A stretch of DNA of 64,000 bases from Eledone cirrhosa (taxonomy: Eukaryota). Below the pieces are notes generated by a model that ran no database searches, was not told the origin of the DNA, and was given only the letters and a program-made list of their open reading frames with translations. This document shows, one piece after another, positions 11,801 to 27,500 of the stretch (positions within the stretch are counted from its first letter, which is position 1; each line of letters starts with the position of its first letter). Position numbers and translations under genes: made by a program. Location: contig OZ024743.1 in NCBI GenBank assembly GCA_964016885.1, forward strand, positions 173,972,001-174,036,000, in the 5' to 3' direction.

Positions 11801-14800
11801 ACCCTCTCTTAGTTGTCCTCCTCCAATACTACAGACACACACTCAGGGCTAGGGTATGAACCCTCTTTTAGTTGTCCTCCTCCAATACTACAGACACACA
11901 CTCAGGGCTAGGGTATGAACCCTCTCTTAGTTGTCCTCCTCCAATACTACAGACACACACTCAGGGCTAGGGTATTAACCCTCTCTTAGTTGTCCTCCTC
12001 CAATACTACAGACACACACTCAGGGCTAGGGTATGAACCCTCTCTTAGTTGTCCTCCTCCAATACTACAGACACACACTCAGGGCTAGGGTATGAACCCT
12101 CTCTTAGTTGTCCTCCTCCAATACTAGACACACACTCAGGGCTAGGGTATGAACCCTCTTTTAGTTGTCCTCCTCCAATACTACAGACACACACTCAGGG
12201 CTAGGGTATGAACCCTCTCTTAATTGTCCTCCTCCAATACTACAGACTAGGGTATGTACCCTCTCCTAGTTGTCCTCCTCCAATACTACAGACACACACT
12301 CAGGGCTAGGGTATGAACCCTCTCTTAGTTGTCCTCCTCCAATACTACAGACACACACTCAGGGCTAGGGTATTAACCCTCTCTTAGTTGTCCTCCTCCA
12401 ATACTAGACACACACTCAGGGCTAGGGTATGAGCCCTCTTTTAGTTGTCCTCCTCCAATACTACAGACACACACTCAGGGCTAGGGTATGAACCCTCTCT
12501 TAGTTGTCCTCCTCCAATACTACAGACACACACTCAGGGCTAGGGTATTAACCCTCTCTTAGTTGTCCTCCTCCAATACTACAGACACACACTCAGGGCT
12601 AGGGTATGAACCCTCTCTTAGTTGTCCTCCTCCAATACTACAGACACACACTCAGGGCTAGGGTATGAACCCTCTCTTAGTTGTCCTCCTCCAATACTAC
12701 AGACACACACTCAGGGCTAGGGTATGAACCCTCTTTTAGTTGTCCTCCTCCAATACTACAGACACACACTCAGGGCTAGGGTATTAACCCTCTCTTAGTT
12801 GTCCTCCTCCAATACTAGACACACACTCAGGGCTAGGGTATGAACCCTCTCTTAGTTGTCCTCCTCCAATACTACAGACACACACTCAGGGCTAGGGTAT
12901 GAACCCTCTCTTAGTTGTCCTCCTCCAATACTACAGACACACACTCAGGGCTAGGGTATTAACCCTCTCTTTGTTGTCCTCCTCCAATACTACAGACACA
13001 CACTCAGGGCTAGGGTATGAACCCTCTCTTATTTGTCCTCCTCCAATACTACAGACACACACTCAGGGCTAGGGTATTAACCCTCTCTTAGTTGTCCTCC
13101 TCCAATACTACAGACACACACTCAGGGCTAGGGTATGAACCCTCTCTTAGTTGTCCTCCTCCAATACTACAGACACACACTCAGGGCTAGGGTATTAACC
13201 CTCTCTTAGTTGTCCTCCTCCAATACTACAGACACACACTCAGGGCTAGGGTATGAACCCTCTCTTAGTTGTCCTCCTCCAATACTACAGACACACACTC
13301 AGGGCTAGGGTATGAACCCTCTTTTAGTTGTCCTCCTCCAATACTACAGACACACACTCAGGGCTAGGGTATGAACCCTCTATTAGTTGTCCTTCTCCAA
13401 TACTACAGACACACACTCAGGGCTAGAGTATTAACCCTCTCTTAGTTGTCCTCCTCCAATACTACAGACACACACTCAGGGCTAGGGTATGAACCCTCTC
13501 TTAGTTGTCCTCCTCCAATACTACAGACACACACTCAGGGCTAGGGTATGAACCCTCTCTTAGTTGTCCTCCTCCAATACTACAGACACACACTCAGGGC
13601 TAGGGTATTAACCCTCTCTTAGTTGTCCTCCTCCAATACTACAGACACACACTCAGGGCTAGGGTATTAACCCTCTCTTAGTTGTCCTCCTCCAATACTA
13701 GACACACACTCAGGGCTAGGGTATGAACCCTCTTTTAGTTGTCCTCCTCTAATACTACAGACACACATTCAGGGCTAGGGTATGAACCCTCTCTTAGTTG
13801 TCCTCCTCCAATACTACAGACACACACTCAGGGCTAGGGTATGAACCCTCTTTTAGTTGTCCTCCTCCAATACTACAGACACACACTCAGAGCTAGGGTA
13901 TTAACCCTCTCTTAGTTGTCCTCCTCCAATACTAGACACACACTCAGGGCTAGGGTATGAACCCTCTTTTAGTTGTCCTCCTCCAATACTACAGACACAC
14001 ACTCAGGGCTAGGGTATGAACCCTCTCTTAGTTGCCCTCCTCCAATACTACAGACACACACTCAGGGCTAGGGTATTAACCCTCTCTTAGTTGTCCTCCT
14101 CCAATACTACAGACACACACTCAGGGCTAGGGTATGAACCCTCTCTTAGTTGTCCTCCTCCAATACTACAGACACACACTCAGGGCTAGGGTATGAACCC
14201 TCTCTTAGTTGTCCTCCTCCAATACTACAGACACACACTCAGGGCTAGGGTATTAACCCTCTCTTAGTTGTCCTCCTCCAATACTACAGACACACACTCA
14301 GGGCTAGGGTATTAACCCTCTCTTAGTTGTCCTCCTCCAATACTAGACACACACTCAGGGCTAGGGTATGAACCCTCTTTTAGTTGTCCTCCTCCAATAC
14401 TACAGACACACACTCAGGGCTAGGGTATGTAACCTCTCCTAGTTGTCCTCCTCCAATACTACAGACACACACTCAGGGCTAGGGTATGAACCCTCTCTTA
14501 GTTGTCCTCCTCCAATACTACAGACACACACTCAGGGCTAGGGTATGAACCCTCTCTTAGTTGTCGTCCTCCAATACTAGACACACACTCAGGGCTAGGG
14601 TATGAACCCTCTCTTAGTTGTCCTCCTCCAATACTACAGACACACACTCAGGGCTAGGGTATGAACCCTCTCTTAGGTGTCCTCCTCCAATACTACAGAC
14701 ACACACTCAGAGCTAGGGTATGAACCCTCTCTTAGTTGTCCTCCTCCAATACTACAGACACACACTCAGGGCTAGGGTATGAACCCTCTCTTAGGTGTCC

Positions 14801-15599
14801 TCCTCCAATACTAGACACACACTCAGGGCTAGGGTATGAACCCTCTCTTAGTTGTCCTCCTCCAATACTACAGACACACACTCAGGGCTAGGGTATGAAC
14901 CCTCTCTTAGTTGTCATCCTCCAATACTAGACACACACTCAGGGCTAGGGTATGTACCCTCTCTTAGTTGTCTTTCTCCAATACTACAGACACACACTCA
15001 GGGCTAGGGTATGTACCCTCTCCTAGATGTCCTCCTCCAATACTACAGACACACACTCAGGGCTAGGGTATGAACCCTCTCTTAGTTGTCCTCCTCCAAT
15101 ACTACAGACACACACTCAGGGCTAGGGTATGAACCCTCTCTTAGTTGTCCTCCTCCAATACTACAGACACACACTCGGGGCTAGGGTATGTACCCTCTCC
15201 CAGTTGTTCTCCTCCAATACTACAGACACACACTCAGGGCTAGGGTATGAACCCTCTCTTAGTTGTCCTCCTCCAATACTACAGACACACACTCAGGGCT
15301 AGGGTATGAACCCTCTCCTAGTTGTCCTCCTCCAATACTACAGACACACACTCAGGGCTAGGGTATGAACCCTCTCTTAGTTGTCCTCCTCCAATACTAC
15401 AGACACACACTCAGGGCTAGGGTATGAACCCTCTCCTAGTTGTCCTCCTCCAATACTACAGACACACACTCAAGGCTAGGGTATGAACCCTCTATTAGTT
15501 GTCCTCCTCCAATACTACAGACACACACTCAGGGCTAGGGTATTAACCCTCTCTTAGTTGTCCTCCTCCAATACTACAGACACACACTCAGGGCTAGGG

Positions 15600-18500
15600 T
15601 ATGAACCCTCTCTTAGTTGTCCTCCTCCAATACTACAGACACACACTCAGGGCTAGGGTATTAACCCTCTCTTAGTTGTCCTCCTCCAATACTACAGACA
15701 CACACTCAGGGCTAGGGTATGAACCCTCTCTTAGTTGTCCTCCTCCAATACTACAGACACACACTCAGGGCTAGGGTATTAACCCTCTCTTAGTTGTCCT
15801 CCTCCAATACTACAGACACACACTCAGGGCTAGGGTATGAACCCTCTCTTAGTTGTCCTCCTCCAATACTACAGACACACACTCAGGGCTAGGGTATGAA
15901 CCCTCTTTTAGTTGTCCTCCTCCAATACTACAGACACAGACTCAGGGCTAGGGTATGAACCCTCTATTAGTTGTCCTTCTCCAATACTACAGACACACAC
16001 TCAGGGCTAGAGTATTAACCCTCTCTTAGTTGTCCTCCTCCAATACTACAGACACACACTCAGGGCTAGGGTATGAACCCTCTCTTAGTTGTCCTCCTCC
16101 AATACTACAGACACACACTCAGGGCTAGGGTATGAACCCTCTCTGAGTTGTCCTCCTCCAATACTACAGACACACACTCAGGGCTAGGGTATTAACCCTC
16201 TCTTAGTTGTCCTCCTCCAATACTACAGACAGACACTCAGGGCTAGGGTATTAACCCTCTCTTAGTTGTCCTCCTCCAATACTAGACACACACTCAGGGC
16301 TAGGGTATGTACCCTCTCCTAGTTGTCCTCCTCCAATACTACAGACACACACTCAGGGCTAGGGTATGAACCCTCTCTTAGTTGTCCTCCTCCAATACTA
16401 CAGACACACACTCAGGGCTAGGGTATGACCCCTCTCTTAGTTGTCGTCCTCCAATACTAGACACACACTCAGGGCTAGGGTATGAACCCTCTCTTAGTTG
16501 TCCTCCTCCAATACTACAGACACACACTCAGGGCTAGGGTATGAACCCTCTCTTAGTTGTCCTCCTCCAATACTACAGACACACACTCAGAGCTAGGGTA
16601 TGAACCCTCTCTTAGTTGTCCTCCTCCAATACTACAGACACACACTCAGGGCTAGGGTATGAACCCTCTCTTAGGTGTCCTCCTCCAATACTAGACACAC
16701 ACTCAGGGCTAGGGTATGTACCCTCTCTTAGTTGTCGTCCTCCAATACTAGACACACACTCAGGGCTAGGGTATGTACCCTCTCTTAGTTGTCTTCCTCC
16801 AATACTACAGACACACACTCAGGGCTAGGGTATGTACCTTCTCCTAGTTGTCCTCCTCCAATACTACAGACACACACTCTGGGCTAGGGTATGAACCCTC
16901 TCTTAGGTGTCCTCCTCCAATACTAGACACACACCCAGGGCTAGGGTATGTACCCTCTCTTAGTTGTCGTCCTCCAATACTAGACACACACTCAGGGCAA
17001 GGGTATGTACCCTCTCTTAGTTGTCTTCCTCCAATACTACAGACACACACTCAGGGCTAGGGTATGTACCCTCTCTTAGTTGTCCTCCTCCAATACTACA
17101 GACACACACTCAGGGCTAGGGTATGAACGCTCTCCCAGTTGTCCTCCTCCAATACTACAGACACACACTCAGGGCTAGGGTATGAACGCTCTCGCAGTTG
17201 TCCTCCTCCAATACTACAGACACACACTCAGGGCTAGGGTATGAACCCTCTCCCAGTTGTCCTCCTCCAATACTACAGACACACACTCAGGGCTAGGGTA
17301 TGTACCCTCTCTTAGTTGTCGTCTTCCAATACTACAGACACACACTCAGGGCTAGGGTATGAACGCTCTCCCAGTTGTCCTCTTCCAATACTACAGACAC
17401 ACACTCAGGGCTAGGGTATGAACGCTCTCCCAGTTGTCCTCCTCCAATACTACAGACACACACTCAGGGCTAGGGTATGAACCCTCTCCCAGTTGTCCTC
17501 CTCCAATACTACAGACACACACTCAGGGCTAGGGTATGAACGCTCTCCCAGTTGTCCTCCTCCAATACTACAGACACACACTCAGGGCTAGGGTATGTAC
17601 CCTCTCTTAGTTGTCCTCTTCCAATACTACAGACACACACTCAGGGCTAGGGTATGAACGCTCTCCTAGTTGTCCTCCTCCAATACTACAGACACACACT
17701 CTGGGCTAGGGTATGAACCCTCTCTTAGTTGTCCTCCTCCAATACTACAGACACACACTCAGGGCTAGGGTATGAACCCTCTCTTAGGTGTCCTCCTCCA
17801 ATACTAGACACACACTCAGGGCTAGGGTATGTACCCTCTCTTAGTTGTCATCCTCCAATACTAGACACACACTCAGGGCTAGGGTATGTACCCTCTCTTA
17901 GTTGTCTTCCTCCAATACTACAGACACACACTCAGGGCTAGGGTATGTACCCTCTCCTAGATGTCCTCCTCCAATACTACAGACACACACTCAGGGCTAG
18001 GGTATGAACCCTCTCTTAGTTGTCCTCCTCCAATACTACAGACACACACTCAGGGCTAGGGTATGAACCCTCTCTTAGTTGTCCTCCTCCAATACTACAG
18101 ACACACACTCAGGGCTAGGGTATGTACCCTCTCCCAGTTGTTCTCCTCCAATACTACAGACACACACTCAGGGCTAGGGTATGAACCCTCTCTTAGTTGT
18201 CCTCCTCCAATACTACAGACACACACTCAGGGCTAGGGTATGAACCCTCTCCTAGTTGTCCTCCTCCAATACTACAGACACACACTCAGGGCTAGGGTAT
18301 GAACCCTCTCTTAGTTGTCCTCCTCCAATACTACAGACACACACTCAGGGCTAGGGTATGAACCCTCTCTTAGTTGTCCTCCTCCAATACTACAGACACA
18401 CACTCAGGGCTAGGGTATGAACCCTCTCCTAGTTGTCCTCCTCCAATACTACAGACACACACTCAGGGCTAGGGTATGAACCCTCTCTTAGTTGTCCTCC

Positions 18501-21500
18501 TCCAATACTACAGACACACACTCAGGGCTAGGGTATTAACCCTCTCTTTGTTGTCCTCCTCCAATACTACAGACACACACTCAGGGCTAGGGTATGAACC
18601 CTCTCTTAGTTGTCCTCCTCCAATACTACAGACACACACTCAGGGCTAGGGTATTAACCCTCTCTTAGTTGTCCTCCTCCAATACTACAGACACACACTC
18701 AGGGCTAGGGTATGAACCCTCTCTTAGTTGTCCTCCTCCAATACTACAGACACACACTCAGGGCTAGGGTATTAACCCTCTCTTAGTTGTCCTCCTCCAA
18801 TACTACAGACACACACTCAGGGCTAGGGTATGAACCCTCTCTTAGTTGTCCTCCTCCAATACTACAGACACACACTCAGGGCTAGGGTATGAACCCTCTT
18901 TTAGTTGTCCTCCTCCAATACTACAGACACACACTCAGGGCTAGTGTATGAACCCTCTATTAGTTGTCCTTCTCCAATACTACAGACACACACTCAGGGC
19001 TAGAGTATTAACCCTCTCTTAGTTGTCCTCCTCCAATACTACAGACACACACTCAGGGCTAGGGTATGAACCCTCTCTTAGTTGTCCTCCTCCAATACTA
19101 CAGACACACACTCAGGGCTAGGGTATGAACCCTCTCTTAGTTGTCCTCCTCCAATACTACAGACACACACTCAGGGCTAGGGTATTAACCCTCTCTTAGT
19201 TGTCCTCCTCCAATACTACAGACACACACTCAGGGCTAGGGTATTAACCCTCTCTTAGTTGTCCTCCTCCAATATTAGACACACACTCAGGGCTAGGGTA
19301 TGAACCCTCTTTTAGTTGTCCTCCTCCAATACTACAGACACACACTCAGGGCTAGGGTATGAACCCTCTCTTAGTTGTCCTCCTCCAATACTACAGACAC
19401 ACACTCAGGGCTAGGGTATTAACCCTCTCTTAGTTGTCCTCCTCCAATACTACAGACACACACTCAGGGCTAGGGTATGAACCCTCTCTTAGTTGTCCTC
19501 CTCCAATACTACAGACACACACTCAGGGCTAGGGTATGAACCCTCTCTTAGTTGTCCTCCTCCAATACTACAGACACACACTCAGGGCTAGGGTATGAAC
19601 CCTCTTTTAGTTGTCCTCCTCCAATACTACAGACACACACTCAGGGCTAGGGTATTAACCCTCTCTTAGTTGTCCTCCTCCAATACTAGACACACACTCA
19701 GGGCTAGGGTATGAACCCTCTTTTAGTTGTCCTCCTCCAATACTACAGACACACACTCAGGGCTAGGGTATGATCCCTCTCTTAGTTGCCCTCCTCCAAT
19801 ACTACAGACACACACTCAGGGCTAGGGTATTAACCCTCTCTTAGTTGTCCTCCTCCAATACTACAGACACACACTCAGGGCTAGGGTATGAACCCTCTCT
19901 TAGTTGTCCTCCTCCAATACTACAGACACACACTCAGGGCTAGGGTATGAACCCTCTCTTAGTTGTCCTCCTCCAATACTACAGACACACACTCAGGGCT
20001 AGGGTATTAACCCTCTCTTAGTTGCCCTCCTCCAATACTACAGACACACACTCAGGGCTAGGGTATGAACCCTCTCTTAGTTGTCCTCCTCCAATACTAC
20101 AGACACACACTCAGGGCTAGGGTATGAACCCTCTCTTAGTTGTCCTCCTCCAATACTACAGACACACACTCAGGGCTAGGGTATTAACCCTCTTTTAGTT
20201 GTCCTCCTCCAGTACTACAGACACACACTCAGGGCTAGGGTATTAACCCTCTCTTAGTTGTCCTCCTCCAATACTAGACACACACTCAGGGCTAGGGTAT
20301 GAACCTTCTTTTAGTTGTCCTCCTCCAATACTACAGACACACACTCAGGGCTAGGGTATGAACCCTCTCTTAGTTGCCCTCCTCCAATACTACAGACACA
20401 CACTCAGGGCTAGGGTATTAACCCTCTCTTAGTTGTCCTCCTCCAATACTACAGACACACACTCAGGGCTAGGGTATGAACCCTCTCTTAGTTGTCCTCC
20501 TCCAATACTACAGACACACACTCAGGGCTAGGGTATGAACCCTCTCTTAGTTGTCCTCCTCCAATACTACAGACACACACTCAGGGCTAGGGTATTAACC
20601 CTCTCTTAGTTGTCCTCCTCCAATACTACAGACACACACTCAGGGCTAGGGTATTAACCCTCTCTTAGTTGTCCTCCTCCAATACTAGACACACACTCAG
20701 GGCTAGGGTATGAACCCTCTTTTAGTTGTCCTCCTCCAATACTACAGACACACACTCAGGGCTAGGGTATGTAACCTCTCCTAGTTGTCCTCCTCCAATA
20801 CTACAGACACACACTCAGGGCTAGGGTATGAACCCTCTCTTAGTTGTCCTCCTCCAATACTACAGACACACACTCAGGGCTAGGGTATGTAACCTCTCCT
20901 AGTTGTCCTCCTCCAATACTACAGACACACACTCAGGGCTAGGGTATGAACCCTCTCTTAGTTGTCCTCCTCCAATACTACAGACACACACTCAGGGCTA
21001 GGGTATGAACCCTCTCTTAGTTGTCGTCCTCCAATACTAGACACACACTCAGGGCTAGGGTATGAACCCTCTATTAGTTGTCCTTCTCCAATACTACAGA
21101 CACACACTCAGGGCTAGGGTATGAACCCTCTCTTAGTTGTCCTCCTCCAATACTACAGACACACACTCAGGGCTAGGGTATGAACCCTCTCTTAGGTGTC
21201 CTCCTCCAATACTACAGACACACACTCAGAGCTAGGGTATGAACCCTCTCTTAGTTGTCCTCCTCCAATACTACAGACACACACTCAGCGCTAGGGTATG
21301 AACCCTCTCTTAGGTGTCCTCCTCCAATACTAGACACACACTCAGGGCTAGGGTATGTACCCTCTCTTAGTTGTCATCCTCCAATACTAGACACACACTC
21401 AGGGCTAGGGTATGTACCCTCTCTTAGTTGTCTTCCTCCAATACTACAGACACACACTCAGGGCTAGGGTATGTACCCTCTCCTAGATGTCCTCCTCCAA

Positions 21501-24500
21501 TACTACAGACACACACTCAGGGCTAGGGTATGAACCCTCTCTTAGTTGTCCTCCTCCAATACTACAGACACACACTCAGGGCTAGGGTATGAACCCTCTC
21601 TTAGTTGTCCTCCTCCAATACTACAGACACACACTCAGGGCTAGGGTATGTACCCTCTCCCAGTTGTTCTCCTCCAATACTACAGACACACACTCAGGGC
21701 TAGGGTATGAACCCTCTCTTAGTTGTCCTCCTCCAATACTACAGACACACACTCAGGGCTAGGGTATGAACCCTCTCCTAGTTGTCCTCCTCCAATACTA
21801 CAGACACACACTCAGGGCTAGGGTATGAACCCTCTCTTAGTTGTCCTCCTCCAATACTACAGACACACACTCAGGGCTAGGGTATGAACCCGCTCCTAGT
21901 TGTCCTCCTCCAATACTACAGACACACACTCAGGGCTAGGGTATGAACCCTCTCTTAGTTGTCCTCCTCCAATACTACAGACACACACTCAGGGCTAGGG
22001 TATGAACCCTCTCTTAGTTGTCCTCCTCCAATACTACAGACACACACTCAGGGCTAGGGTATTAACCCTCTCTTAGTTGTCCTCCTCCAATACTACAGAC
22101 ACACACTCAGGGCTAGGGTATGAACCCTCTCTTAGTTGTCCTCCTCCAATACTACAGACACACACTCAGGGCTAGGGTATTAACCCTCTCTTAGTTGTCC
22201 TCCTCCAATACTACAGACACACACTCAGGGCTAGGGTATGAACCCTCTCTTAGTTGTCCTCCTCCAATACTACAGACACACACTCAGGGCTAGGGTATTA
22301 ACCCTCTCTTAGTTGTCCTCCTCCAATACTACAGACACACACTCAGGGCTAGGGTATGAACCCTCTCTTAGTTGTCCTCCTCCAATACTACAGACACACA
22401 CTCAGGGCTAGGGTATGAACCCTCTTTTAGTTGTCCTCCTCCAATACTACAGACACAGACTCAGGGCTAGGGTATGAACCCTCTATTAGTTGTCCTTCTC
22501 CAATACTACAGACACACACTCAGGGCTAGAGTATTAACCCTCTCTTAGTTGTCCTCCTCCAATACTACAGACACACACTCAGGGCTAGGGTATGAACCCT
22601 CTCTTAGTTGTCCTCCTCCAATACTACAGACACACACTCAGGGCTAGGGTATGAACCCTCTCTGAGTTGTCCTCCTCCAATACTACAGACACACACTCAG
22701 GGCTAGGGTATTAACCCTCTCTTAGTTGTCCTCCTCCAATACTACAGACAGACACTCAGGGCTAGGGTATTAACCCTCTCTTAGTTGTCCTCCTCCAATA
22801 CTAGACACACACTCAGGGCTAGGGTATGTACCCTCTCCTAGTTGTCCTCCTCCAATACTACAGACACACACTCAGGGCTAGGGTATGAACCCTCTCTTAG
22901 TTGTCCTCCTCCAATACTACAGACACACACTCAGGGCTAGGGTATGACCCCTCTCTTAGTTGTCGTCCTCCAATACTAGACACACACTCAGGGCTAGGGT
23001 ATGAACCCTCTCTTAGTTGTCCTCCTCCAATACTACAGACACACACTCAGGGCTAGGGTATGAACCCTCTCTTAGTTGTCCTCCTCCAATACTACAGACA
23101 CACACTCAGAGCTAGGGTATGAACCCTCTCTTAGTTGTCCTCCTCCAATACTACAGACACACACTCAGGGCTAGGGTATGAACCCTCTCTTAGGTGTCCT
23201 CCTCCAATACTAGACACACACTCAGGGCTAGGGTATGTACCCTCTCTTAGTTGTCGTCCTCCAATACTAGACACACACTCAGGGCTAGGGTATGTACCCT
23301 CTCTTAGTTGTCTTCCTCCAATACTACAGACACACACTCAGGGCTAGGGTATGTACCTTCTCCTAGTTGTCCTCCTCCAATACTACAGACACACACTCTG
23401 GGCTAGGGTATGAACCCTCTCTTAGGTGTCCTCCTCCAATACTAGACACACACCCAGGGCTAGGGTATGTACCCTCTCTTAGTTGTCGTCCTCCAATACT
23501 AGACACACACTCAGGGCAAGGGTATGTACCCTCTCTTAGTTGTCTTCCTCCAATACTACAGACACACACTCAGGGCTAGGGTATGTACCCTCTCTTAGTT
23601 GTCCTCCTCCAATACTACAGACACACACTCAGGGCTAGGGTATGAACGCTCTCCCAGTTGTCCTCCTCCAATACTACAGACACACACTCAGGGCTAGGGT
23701 ATGAACGCTCTCCCAGTTGTCCTCCTCCAATACTACAGACACACACTCAGGGCTAGGGTATGAACCCTCTCCCAGTTGTCCTCCTCCAATACTACAGACA
23801 CACACTCAGGGCTAGGGTATGTACCCTCTCTTAGTTGTCGTCTTCCAATACTACAGACACACACTCAGGGCTAGGGTATGAACGCTCTCCCAGTTGTCCT
23901 CTTCCAATACTACAGACACACACTCAGGGCTAGGGTATGAACGCTCTCCCAGTTGTCCTCCTCCAATACTACAGACACACACTCAGGGCTAGGGTATGAA
24001 CCCTCTCCCAGTTGTCCTCCTCCAATACTACAGACACACACTCAGGGCTAGGGTATGAACGCTCTCCCAGTTGTCCTCCTCCAATACTACAGACACACAC
24101 TCAGGGCTAGGGTATGTACCCTCTCTTAGTTGTCCTCTTCCAATACTACAGACACACACTCAGGGCTAGGGTATGAACGCTCTCCTAGTTGTCCTCCTCC
24201 AATACTACAGACACACACTCTGGGCTAGGGTATGAACCCTCTCTTAGTTGTCCTCCTCCAATACTACAGACACACACTCAGGGCTAGGGTATGAACCCTC
24301 TCTTAGGTGTCCTCCTCCAATACTAGACACACACTCAGGGCTAGGGTATGTACCCTCTCTTAGTTGTCATCCTCCAATACTAGACACACACTCAGGGCTA
24401 GGGTATGTACCCTCTCTTAGTTGTCTTCCTCCAATACTACAGACACACACTCAGGGCTAGGGTATGTACCCTCTCCTAGATGTCCTCCTCCAATACTACA

Positions 24501-27500
24501 GACACACACTCAGGGCTAGGGTATGAACCCTCTCTTAGTTGTCCTCCTCCAATACTACAGACACACACTCAGGGCTAGGGTATGAACCCTCTCTTAGTTG
24601 TCCTCCTCCAATACTACAGACACACACTCAGGGCTAGGGTATGTACCCTCTCCCAGTTGTTCTCCTCCAATACTACAGACACACACTCAGGGCTAGGGTA
24701 TGAACCCTCTCTTAGTTGTCCTCCTCCAATACTACAGACACACACTCAGGGCTAGGGTATGAACCCTCTCCTAGTTGTCCTCCTCCAATACTACAGACAC
24801 ACACTCAGGGCTAGGGTATGAACCCTCTCTTAGTTGTCCTCCTCCAATACTACAGACACACACTCAGGGCTAGGGTATGAACCCTCTCTTAGTTGTCCTC
24901 CTCCAATACTACAGACACACACTCAGGGCTAGGGTATGAACCCTCTCCTAGTTGTCCTCCTCCAATACTACAGACACACACTCAGGGCTAGGGTATGAAC
25001 CCTCTCTTAGTTGTCCTCCTCCAATACTACAGACACACACTCAGGGCTAGGGTATTAACCCTCTCTTTGTTGTCCTCCTCCAATACTACAGACACACACT
25101 CAGGGCTAGGGTATGAACCCTCTCTTAGTTGTCCTCCTCCAATACTACAGACACACACTCAGGGCTAGGGTATTAACCCTCTCTTAGTTGTCCTCCTCCA
25201 ATACTACAGACACACACTCAGGGCTAGGGTATGAACCCTCTCTTAGTTGTCCTCCTCCAATACTACAGACACACACTCAGGGCTAGGGTATTAACCCTCT
25301 CTTAGTTGTCCTCCTCCAATACTACAGACACACACTCAGGGCTAGGGTATGAACCCTCTCTTAGTTGTCCTCCTCCAATACTACAGACACACACTCAGGG
25401 CTAGGGTATGAACCCTCTTTTAGTTGTCCTCCTCCAATACTACAGACACACACTCAGGGCTAGTGTATGAACCCTCTATTAGTTGTCCTTCTCCAATACT
25501 ACAGACACACACTCAGGGCTAGAGTATTAACCCTCTCTTAGTTGTCCTCCTCCAATACTACAGACACACACTCAGGGCTAGGGTATGAACCCTCTCTTAG
25601 TTGTCCTCCTCCAATACTACAGACACACACTCAGGGCTAGGGTATGAACCCTCTCTTAGTTGTCCTCCTCCAATACTACAGACACACACTCAGGGCTAGG
25701 GTATTAACCCTCTCTTAGTTGTCCTCCTCCAATACTACAGACACACACTCAGGGCTAGGGTATTAACCCTCTCTTAGTTGTCCTCCTCCAATATTAGACA
25801 CACACTCAGGGCTAGGGTATGAACCCTCTTTTAGTTGTCCTCCTCCAATACTACAGACACACACTCAGGGCTAGGGTATGAACCCTCTCTTAGTTGTCCT
25901 CCTCCAATACTACAGACACACACTCAGGGCTAGGGTATTAACCCTCTCTTAGTTGTCCTCCTCCAATACTACAGACACACACTCAGGGCTAGGGTATGAA
26001 CCCTCTCTTAGTTGTCCTCCTCCAATACTACAGACACACACTCAGGGCTAGGGTATGAACCCTCTCTTAGTTGTCCTCCTCCAATACTACAGACACACAC
26101 TCAGGGCTAGGGTATGAACCCTCTTTTAGTTGTCCTCCTCCAATACTACAGACACACACTCAGGGCTAGGGTATTAACCCTCTCTTAGTTGTCCTCCTCC
26201 AATACTAGACACACACTCAGGGCTAGGGTATGAACCCTCTTTTAGTTGTCCTCCTCCAATACTACAGACACACACTCAGGGCTAGGGTATGATCCCTCTC
26301 TTAGTTGCCCTCCTCCAATACTACAGACACACACTCAGGGCTAGGGTATTAACCCTCTGTTAGTTGTCCTCCTCCAATACTACAGACACACACTCAGGGC
26401 TAGGGTATGAACCCTCTCTTAGTTGTCCTCCTCCAATACTACAGACACACACTCAGGGCTAGGGTATGAACCCTCTCTTAGTTGTCCTCCTCCAATACTA
26501 CAGACACACACTCAGGGCTAGGGTATTAACCCTCTCTTAGTTGCCCTCCTCCAATACTACAGACACACACTCAGGGCTAGGGTATGAACCCTCTCTTAGT
26601 TGTCCTCCTCCAATACTACAGACACACACTCAGGGCTAGGGTATGAACCCTCTCTTAGTTGTCCTCCTCCAATACTACAGACACACACTCAGGGCTAGGG
26701 TATTAACCCTCTTTTAGTTGTCCTCCTCCAGTACTACAGACACACACTCAGGGCTAGGGTATTAACCCTCTCTTAGTTGTCCTCCTCCAATACTAGACAC
26801 ACACTCAGGGCTAGGGTATGAACCTTCTTTTAGTTGTCCTCCTCCAATACTACAGACACACACTCAGGGCTAGGGTATGAACCCTCTCTTAGTTGCCCTC
26901 CTCCAATACTACAGACACACACTCAGGGCTAGGGTATTAACCCTCTCTTAGTTGTCCTCCTCCAATACTACAGACACACACTCAGGGCTAGGGTATGAAC
27001 CCTCTCTTAGTTGTCCTCCTCCAATACTACAGACACACACTCAGGGCTAGGGTATGAACCCTCTCTTAGTTGTCCTCCTCCAATACTACAGACACACACT
27101 CAGGGCTAGGGTATTAACCCTCTCTTAGTTGTCCTCCTCCAATACTACAGACACACACTCAGGGCTAGGGTATTAACCCTCTCTTAGTTGTCCTCCTCCA
27201 ATACTAGACACACACTCAGGGCTAGGGTATGAACCCTCTTTTAGTTGTCCTCCTCCAATACTACAGACACACACTCAGGGCTAGGGTATGTAACCTCTCC
27301 TAGTTGTCCTCCTCCAATACTACAGACACACACTCAGGGCTAGGGTATGAACCCTCTCTTAGTTGTCCTCCTCCAATACTACAGACACACACTCAGGGCT
27401 AGGGTATGTAACCTCTCCTAGTTGTCCTCCTCCAATACTACAGACACACACTCAGGGCTAGGGTATGAACCCTCTCTTAGTTGTCCTCCTCCAATACTAC

